A DNA stretch of 64,000 nt from an uncultured archaeon (GTDB lineage Archaea > Iainarchaeota > Iainarchaeia > Iainarchaeales > GCA-2688035), in assembly GCA_964354805.1 (NCBI GenBank), contig CAYHBD010000009.1, forward strand, positions 1 to 64,000. Direction: 5' to 3'. The notes below the pieces were generated by a model that was not told the origin of the DNA, made no database searches, and saw nothing but the letters and a program-made list of their open reading frames with translations. This document shows positions 57,857 to 64,000 of this stretch, in pieces (the stretch's first letter is position 1; each line of letters starts with the position of its first letter). A program made the position numbers and the translations under genes.

Positions 57857-57986
57857 CAGGATTCTACAGCAAGGCAGGCTTATAAAGTGGTGTTGAAACA
57901 GCTCCAAACCCCAAAAAAATAGCCCTTAAATTAACTTTTTTACGTGAATACGTAATATTTAAATACTACTTGCTACGCTAATTCTT

Positions 57987-59663
57987 ATGATGAAGCCAAT
58001 TTTAGTCATAGCGGCAATTGTGCTCATTTTGCTTTCGTTGCATTTAGGCAGCGTGCAGGCTGCTGAATGCACTGATGTATTCGTGGATGCGCAAGATGTT
58101 GAATTGCGCGGGAACAGCACTGAATACTTTTATTTCCCAATTGAAAACCAGCGCGATGAAACATTTGATATTTATGCTGTTGTTGCATACAAGGAAGATG
58201 CAGACAGCCCCTTTACCATTACTGTAAGTGATTACAGCGATGAAATCGAAGCAGATGGTGAAGGAGAAATCGAATTAAGGGTTGTTGCAAGCGGTGTTGA
58301 CGATGACGAAACCGGCACAGCTTACATTCAAATAAGGGGCTATGTTGGAGATGAATACTGCACTTTTGGTGAAATTGAAGACGCTTATTTTGCAGTAACT
58401 GTTTCAACAGGAAGCACTGGAACGCCCTTATGTGGAAGCATTCATTTGAATGCAAGCAATGTTTCCATTGACGAGAATTCGGCAAAAATAGTTTCTTTTA
58501 CAATTGAAAACACCTCAAACAGGAACTTTGATTTGGATGGAATTGAGGTATCTGAAAACAGCAGCTATTTTGATGCAGAACTTTATTCAAAGCCGGACAG
58601 CATTGACAGCCATGAAAGCCAAACATTCAGGGTGAGAATTGAGGCAAACCAGGTCAGCGCCGACAGGCAGGGCGAAGTTGAGCTAAGGGCAAAAGGCGAG
58701 TTCAGCAACGGCACATATTGCCATTACGATGATTCTGAAGAGGAATCCTTCACTGTAAACGTTGAAAATACCGGCACCCAGCCAAGCCCAGAACCACAGC
58801 CAGGCAATGAATGCCCAGACATTGCTTTGGACAAGCATATTGTAAGGGTTGCCCAGGGAGAAACTGTTTACACCACTTTTCAATTGAGGAATTTTGCAAG
58901 AGAAAACTTTCTGGTTGATTATATAAGTATCTTTGACGGAAGCAATAATTTCAAGGCAGAGCAGAACGGCTATGCAAAGGTTGTGCCAGCTTCGGGGAGC
59001 GCTTTTGTTAATGTAAAGGTTCAGGCACACGATTTCGCTGTGCCAGGCAGTAGGGAAAATGCCTTTGTTGAAGTAAAAGGCCATTTCCAGAACCAGGAAA
59101 GCTGCTCTTTAAGCGGCAATGGCCTTAATACATTTGAGGTAATAATTGAGGAAAAGGGCGCGGCAGCAGAGCCTGATACAGCGGATTTTGCAGCAGAGGA
59201 ATGCAGCCTTTTTTCTTTGATTACACCTGTCTCAATGAAAATTGACGGCAATGGCAGTGTTCCAATTGTAATCGTTAATAAGGCTTATTCAAGGGCAACT
59301 ATTTTGCTTTACGGCCCCGGATTGACCATTAACCCATCCTTTATCAGCGTTGCGGAAAACAGCACAATAAGCGAGGACATTTTGGTTGAAAGCAAATTGC
59401 CTCAGAGCACTCTTGTTTTCACTGTTGATTCGCCCTTGTGCAAAACAGAGAAAAGGACAGTAATAATCAATTCAAAAGCAGCTGCTTCGGCAACTCCGGT
59501 TGCTCCGGCTGAAAAGCCCCAGCCAGCCAATCCAGTAGATGGAACAATTAAAAGCGTTCAGGGAGCGATTGCAACAGGCTTCGCTGTTTTGAACCAGAAC
59601 CTTGCATTAGTCGGACTGGTTATTTTGATTGCAATAATTCTTTTCTTCATTCTGAAAGAATGA
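57987..59663 (+). CDS. Acidic surface protein with repeated Ig-like modules and C-terminal TM anchor
   Basis: Signal peptide; 3-4 Cys-bounded beta-rich repeats; Pro-rich linkers; ATGF plus hydrophobic tail. Confidence 0.75.
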   Translation: MMKPILVIAAIVLILLSLHLGSVQAAECTDVFVDAQDVELRGNSTEYFYFPIENQRDETFDIYAVVAYKEDADSPFTITVSDYSDEIEADGEGEIELRVVASGVDDDETGTAYIQIRGYVGDEYCTFGEIEDAYFAVTVSTGSTGTPLCGSIHLNASNVSIDENSAKIVSFTIENTSNRNFDLDGIEVSENSSYFDAELYSKPDSIDSHESQTFRVRIEANQVSADRQGEVELRAKGEFSNGTYCHYDDSEEESFTVNVENTGTQPSPEPQPGNECPDIALDKHIVRVAQGETVYTTFQLRNFARENFLVDYISIFDGSNNFKAEQNGYAKVVPASGSAFVNVKVQAHDFAVPGSRENAFVEVKGHFQNQESCSLSGNGLNTFEVIIEEKGAAAEPDTADFAAEECSLFSLITPVSMKIDGNGSVPIVIVNKAYSRATILLYGPGLTINPSFISVAENSTISEDILVESKLPQSTLVFTVDSPLCKTEKRTVIINSKAAASATPVAPAEKPQPANPVDGTIKSVQGAIATGFAVLNQNLALVGLVILIAIILFFILKE

Positions 59664-59731
59664 AGCAAAAAATCTAGCGCTTATTTTTTATTCATAAAAA
59701 CAAAAAAAAACTGTTACGGGGGTGAAACTAA

Positions 59732-59884
59732 ATGGCAAAGAAAACAACAAAGAGAAAGAGCATGCGATCAGCAAGAAAAGTTGCGAGAAAAGCAAGCCCT
59801 GTTTACAGGATAAACACGGCTTTCAAGCAGCCAATCAATTTCTTGCAGAACGGATTCACTTCCATAATGAGCTATTTTAAGTAA
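59732..59884 (+). CDS. Small basic protein (50 aa, not in ORF track)
   Basis: GGGGTGA RBS; MAKKTTKRKSMRSARKVARKASPVYRINTAFKQPINFLQNGFTSIMSYFK; hairpin plus T-run follows. Confidence 0.6.
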   Translation: MAKKTTKRKSMRSARKVARKASPVYRINTAFKQPINFLQNGFTSIMSYFK

Positions 59885-59898
59885 ATCCAATAGCACAG

Positions 59899-59937
59899 GG
59901 GGAATTTGAAAATTCCCCGCTTTTTTTCTTTTTTTTT
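59899..59937 (+). terminator. Stem-loop plus poly-T terminator
   Basis: GGGGAATTT-GA-AAATTCCCC followed by long T tracts. Confidence 0.6.
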
Positions 59938-60037
59938 GAATTCAACAACCAGTAGAAACAATTAACGAATTACCATGTAAGGCATAACACAAAAATTTAT
60001 TAACAAAATAAACGCTAATATTATTGAGTGATTTGCA

Positions 60038-60430
60038 ATGAAAATACCAAGAACGCCAGCATGGTTAGAGCGCGAAAGAATATGCCCTTCGACGGACTTT
60101 ATATCTAGAACAGAGGCGGTCAAAGGACCCCTAGTGATCAAACGAGGGCGCATAGTTGCAGGCTTCGAAGATGCCCTTCGCTCTGGGCGTATGAGCCAGG
60201 CGCAGTATTTAGGGGTATACATGAAGGATAACAAAGTTTGGATAACCCATAGGCTGAACTATGACCCTGGGTATAAATTAAGTTATTGGAAATTAAGGAA
60301 TCCACAAGTAATGGCCCTTAGGGTTATTGAGCCAGTAGCTTTGCGCAAAATGGGGACTTCCCGTCCCAAGCCTCGCCGTACCTCCACCCTAAAAAGGCTT
60401 TTTAAAGCTTTCCGAAGCAGAATTAAGTAA
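60038..60430 (+). CDS. Basic hypothetical protein
   Basis: 130-aa R/K-rich ORF after AGTGA; atypical codon usage. Confidence 0.5.
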   Translation: MKIPRTPAWLERERICPSTDFISRTEAVKGPLVIKRGRIVAGFEDALRSGRMSQAQYLGVYMKDNKVWITHRLNYDPGYKLSYWKLRNPQVMALRVIEPVALRKMGTSRPKPRRTSTLKRLFKAFRSRIK

Positions 60431-60439
60431 TATATTGCG

Positions 60440-60567
60440 TACACTGCATCTGTTGCAAGTGCAATGGATGTAAATGCCAATAAGATTGCATTTTCTGATT
60501 GGCGAATTTTTTTGAAGTAGCTCTGCTGCTTCAGCAATGGAACTTGTTCCGTTGATTGCATAGTGTA
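60440..60567 (+). ncRNA. Candidate structured RNA upstream of rpl3
   Basis: Four hairpins, three with G-U pairs, enclosed by TACAC/GTGTA. Confidence 0.45.
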
Positions 60568-60626
60568 GATTCGGTGAGCATGAAATGGCAAGCAGGCAAC
60601 GCTTGCATAGAAATGGTGAAAATTGA

Positions 60627-61895
60627 ATGGTCAGGAGAAGCAGTCCTCATCGAGGCAGCATTGCTTACTATCCGAGAAAGCGGGCTGCAAGGGAAACAGC
60701 CAGCTTCCGCTCTTTTGCTTTGCCAGCCGGTTCGGCTGCAGAGCAATGCAAGCCGCTGAATTTTTTGGGATACAAGGCAGGCATGACACAGGTTATTGGG
60801 AGGGACACGCACCAGGCAGGCGTAACATTCGGCCAAGAGGTTGTTGTTCCGGTTACGGTAATCGAGTGCCCTGCTCTAAGTGTTTTTGGAATAAGGGCTT
60901 ATGCAAAAAACGAGAAAGGCTATGGAACCGCGCCTCTTTTTGATGTTTTTGCCCAGAACATTGACAAGAGATTGCTGAAAAAAATAACGGCTTTCAGGCA
61001 CAGGCAGCAGAAAGGGAAAGGGGAAAAAGCCGGAGAAAAAAGCGGGGATTTGGGAAAAGAAGCAGCTGGAAAAAAAGAGAATTTGAAGAAAGAGGGGAAA
61101 AAGCACGCAGCAGAAAAGCCGCTGAAAACCATTGATGATTTGGAAAAGGCAAAGGAAAAAATTGTTTCCATAAGGCTGTTGTGCCACAGCAGGCCTGCTT
61201 CAACAAATATAGGCAAAAAGAAGCCTGATGTAAGCGAAATTGTATTAAGCGGCAGCAGGGAGAAGCAACTGCAGTATGCGAAGGAAAAGCTTGGAAAAGA
61301 ATTGAATGTTAAGGATGTTTTTGCCGAACAGCAGTTTGCTGATGTGAAAGCCGTAACGAAAGGAAAGGGAACGCAGGGCCCTGTGAAAAGATTTGGCATT
61401 AAAATCCAGAGGCGAAAGGCAAAAACACTGAGGGTTGTTGGCAGCATTGGGCCATGGCATCCTTCAACAGTAATGTTCACTGTGGCAAGGCCAGGGCAAA
61501 TGGGCTACCACAGCAGGACAGAGCTGAATAAAAAAATCATGCGCATTGGAACAGCGGCTGAAGCCGATGCAATCAACCCCAGCGCGGGTTTCACCAATTA
61601 TGGAATTCTGCAAAACGATTTCATTCTGCTTGCGGGAAGCATTGCAGGACCTGTGAAAAGGGCAATCAGCCTTAGGCATAATGCCAGGGCAGCCCCTGCG
61701 CAAAGGCACAGGCTTGAATCAATTGACTTCATTGCATCAAGCAGGGAAAAGCCTTCAATCGAACTGGAAGAGGGCGTGAAAGTAAAGCACATTGTTGCGG
61801 AAAAAGAGGAAAAGAAAGAGAAGAAAAGCGTTGCAGACGAAATCGCCGCAGCGGCAAAAGGCGAAGAGCACAGGGAGAAGCCAAAGGGGGCATAA
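60627..61895 (+). CDS. rpl3: 50S ribosomal protein L3 (uL3) with Lys-rich insert and tail
   Basis: PHRGSIAYYPRKRA, GYKAGMT, TKGKGTQGPVKRFG, GSIGPWHP, GQMGYH. Confidence 0.96.
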   Translation: MVRRSSPHRGSIAYYPRKRAARETASFRSFALPAGSAAEQCKPLNFLGYKAGMTQVIGRDTHQAGVTFGQEVVVPVTVIECPALSVFGIRAYAKNEKGYGTAPLFDVFAQNIDKRLLKKITAFRHRQQKGKGEKAGEKSGDLGKEAAGKKENLKKEGKKHAAEKPLKTIDDLEKAKEKIVSIRLLCHSRPASTNIGKKKPDVSEIVLSGSREKQLQYAKEKLGKELNVKDVFAEQQFADVKAVTKGKGTQGPVKRFGIKIQRRKAKTLRVVGSIGPWHPSTVMFTVARPGQMGYHSRTELNKKIMRIGTAAEADAINPSAGFTNYGILQNDFILLAGSIAGPVKRAISLRHNARAAPAQRHRLESIDFIASSREKPSIELEEGVKVKHIVAEKEEKKEKKSVADEIAAAAKGEEHREKPKGA

Positions 61896-62015
61896 GGGCA
61901 AAAAGGGAAAAACAAGATAGAAATAAAAAGTACTGAGAATAAAGAGGGATTGAAAAAAATTAAAATTTAGAAAAAGAAAACTGGAAAAAATAAGAATTGA
62001 AAAAATTGATTTTTT

Positions 62016-62825
62016 ATGAAAGCAAATGTTTTTTCTTTGGATGGAAAGAAACTGCACGCAATTGAATTGCCAGAGCAGTTCAATGCTTTTATTGACAGCA
62101 ACTTGATCAAGAGGGCTGTTTTGAGCATTGAAGCGGCTGCAATCCAGCCAAGAGGCAGCAACAAGAGGGCAGGCAGGGACAACACTGCAGAATACAGAAG
62201 CAGCAGATGGCTGCCCACATCAGAGAGAAGCATGAATGTCGGAAGGGCAAGGCTGCCAAGGCTAAAGAACAGGAGAGGCCTGCTTTATGGAAAGGTTGCA
62301 AGGGTTCCACAGGCAGTTGGAGGCCCTGCAGCGCATCCGCCAAAACTTGAAAAAAAGAGATGGGAGAAAATAAACAAAAAAGAGAAAAGGGCGGCACTCC
62401 GCTCTGCAATTGCAGCCTGCGCTGCAAAGAAGTTTGTTGAAAAACGGCATGTGCTGGACAAGGAAACAGAGCTGCCTGTTGTTGTAGAGGATGCTTTTGA
62501 AAAACTCGGCAAAACAAAACAGGTTGTAGAAGCATTTGAAGCATTGCATTTATTGCCTGATGTTGAAAACGCGAAGCTGAAAACAAGGAAGAGGGCAGGC
62601 AAGGGAAGCATGAGAGGGAGAAAGAAAAAGCAGAAGAAAAGCGTTTTGATTGTAACAAAGGAAAACAGCGCTGTTGCAAAAGCAGCCAGAAACATTCCAG
62701 GAGTTGAGTGCTGCGTTGTAAGAAATTTGAACGCAAAACTGCTTGCGCCTGGCAGCCTTCCCGGAAGGCTGACTGTCTGGAGCGAGGGCGCAATAAAAGA
62801 ACTGGCTGCAAAAGAGGGCAAGTAA
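62016..62825 (+). CDS. rpl4: 50S ribosomal protein L4 (uL4)
   Basis: GRARLPR…PQAVGG..AHPPK…KINKKEK…LAPG..PGRLTVW. Confidence 0.96.
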   Translation: MKANVFSLDGKKLHAIELPEQFNAFIDSNLIKRAVLSIEAAAIQPRGSNKRAGRDNTAEYRSSRWLPTSERSMNVGRARLPRLKNRRGLLYGKVARVPQAVGGPAAHPPKLEKKRWEKINKKEKRAALRSAIAACAAKKFVEKRHVLDKETELPVVVEDAFEKLGKTKQVVEAFEALHLLPDVENAKLKTRKRAGKGSMRGRKKKQKKSVLIVTKENSAVAKAARNIPGVECCVVRNLNAKLLAPGSLPGRLTVWSEGAIKELAAKEGK

Positions 62826-62932
62826 AAAAGAAATGGAAAAAATGTTTTTTTGAGGTCAATTAATTAAAAAATTTGAAAGGAAAAAGAGTGAAAAAAAATT
62901 TAAAAAAATAAAATTAAAAAATTGGTGAAAAA

Positions 62933-63238
62933 ATGCAGAAGAAATTGAGGCTATTGCAGCAGAAAGCCGGATCCACAATGCCGTTTGCCGAAGTGATTTA
63001 CTATCCTTTAATAAGCGAAAAGGCTGTCAACATGATTGAAAAAGAGAACAAGCTTTGCTTTATTGTTAACAAAAAGGCAACAAAGCCCGATGTCAGGAAC
63101 GCTGTTGAAAAGCAATTCAATGTAAGGGTTGACAGCGTAAGGGTTCTGAACGACAGGAAGGGCAGGAAGAAAGCGATTGTGAAAATAAACAAGGAATTCA
63201 AAGCTGATGCAATCGCAACAAGGCTTGGAGTAGTGTAA
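62933..63238 (+). CDS. rpl23: 50S ribosomal protein L23 (uL23); alternative start 62978
   Basis: YPLISEKAV..IEKENKL.FIV…KKAIV…A..IATRLG. Confidence 0.95.
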   Translation: MQKKLRLLQQKAGSTMPFAEVIYYPLISEKAVNMIEKENKLCFIVNKKATKPDVRNAVEKQFNVRVDSVRVLNDRKGRKKAIVKINKEFKADAIATRLGVV

Positions 63239-63257
63239 ACGCAAACAGGTGGCATGA

Positions 63258-63980
63258 ATGGGCAAAAACCTAAGGCAGCAGAGAAGGGGCAAAGGAGGCA
63301 GCACTTTCCTAGCCAAAGGCAAAGGCATTAAAGCAACTTATGTTTCAATTGATGAAAAGCAGAAAAGCGGAATCCTGCAGGGCCAGGTCCTGGATTTGAT
63401 AAAAGAAAGCGGAAGAAACAGCATTCTTGCATTAATCCAATTGGAGGACAACAGCACAAACTATGTGATTGCGGCAGAAGGTGTTTCAATAGGGCAAAGC
63501 ATAGCGTTCGGAAAAAACGCTGAAATCGCGATTGGAAACGTTCTTCCATTGGGCCAGATTCCGGAAGGATGCCCGATCTTTGACATTGAAATGCGGCCCG
63601 GCGACGGCGGAAAGCTTGTTAAAGGAAGCGGGGTTTACGCTTTAATGGTCAGCAGGGGCAAGAAAACAGCAATGGTAAGGCTGCCGAGCGGAAAAACAGT
63701 TGAATTGAATTTGAACAACAGGGCAACAATCGGATGCAGCTCATGCGGCGGCAGAAAAGAAAAACCAATGGTCAAAGCAGGAACACACTTTCACTGGATG
63801 AAAGCAAGAAGCAGGCACTACCCAGGCTTGAGGGGAGTTGCAATGAACCCAATAGCACACCCATTCGGAGGCAGCCAGCATCACCCTGGAAAAAGCAAAA
63901 GCACGAGCAGGCACGCGCCACCAGGAAGAAAGGTCGGAGACATTGCAAGCAGCAGAACAGGAAGGAGAAAGAAAGGTTAG
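63258..63980 (+). CDS. rpl2: 50S ribosomal protein L2 (uL2)
   Basis: MGK..RQQRRG.G, RGVAMNP..HPFGG, PPGRKVG.IA..RTG. Confidence 0.96.
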   Translation: MGKNLRQQRRGKGGSTFLAKGKGIKATYVSIDEKQKSGILQGQVLDLIKESGRNSILALIQLEDNSTNYVIAAEGVSIGQSIAFGKNAEIAIGNVLPLGQIPEGCPIFDIEMRPGDGGKLVKGSGVYALMVSRGKKTAMVRLPSGKTVELNLNNRATIGCSSCGGRKEKPMVKAGTHFHWMKARSRHYPGLRGVAMNPIAHPFGGSQHHPGKSKSTSRHAPPGRKVGDIASSRTGRRKKG

Positions 63981-64000
63981 AAGAGCGTGGTGTTGAATGG

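Noticed and set aside
63997-64000. Start of rps19
   Set aside because: Only ATGG is visible; expected from synteny but not supportable from the sequence.

Overview
Archaeal chromosomal segment, most likely from a DPANN archaeon (inferred Ca. Iainarchaeota/Diapherotrites-like from split rpoB and rpoA, divergent core proteins and many basic orphan ORFs; not verified by search). The right half is the conserved core: ftsZ, rpoH-B''-B'-A'-A''-rpl30e-nusA-rps12-rps7-fusA-[insert]-tuf-rps10, archease-rtcB and rpl3-4-23-2. The left half carries a tetraether-synthase (Tes/MJ0619-type) radical SAM gene, a complete 14-gene Mbh-type [NiFe] hydrogenase/antiporter operon with hypA and hycI, an orphan DNA methyltransferase, four toxin-antitoxin-like pairs and three tRNAs (Thr; Tyr and Asp with long hairpin-filled introns). 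The most unusual signals are not gene-level. (1) All six gaps in the mbh operon are bridged by 14-19 codon mini-ORFs coupled stop-to-start at both ends. (2) Diverged, often synonymously recoded copies of gene ends (rtcB, fusA, tuf, MTase x2, hycI 5' and 3', tRNA-Tyr, DUF2666) recur across the window and often bracket acquired cassettes, with no integrase in view. (3) A covarying hairpin motif sits in long leaders before both intron-containing tRNAs. (4) A G-U-rich multibranch RNA structure lies upstream of rpl3. No CRISPR array, rRNA, transposase or integrase was seen.
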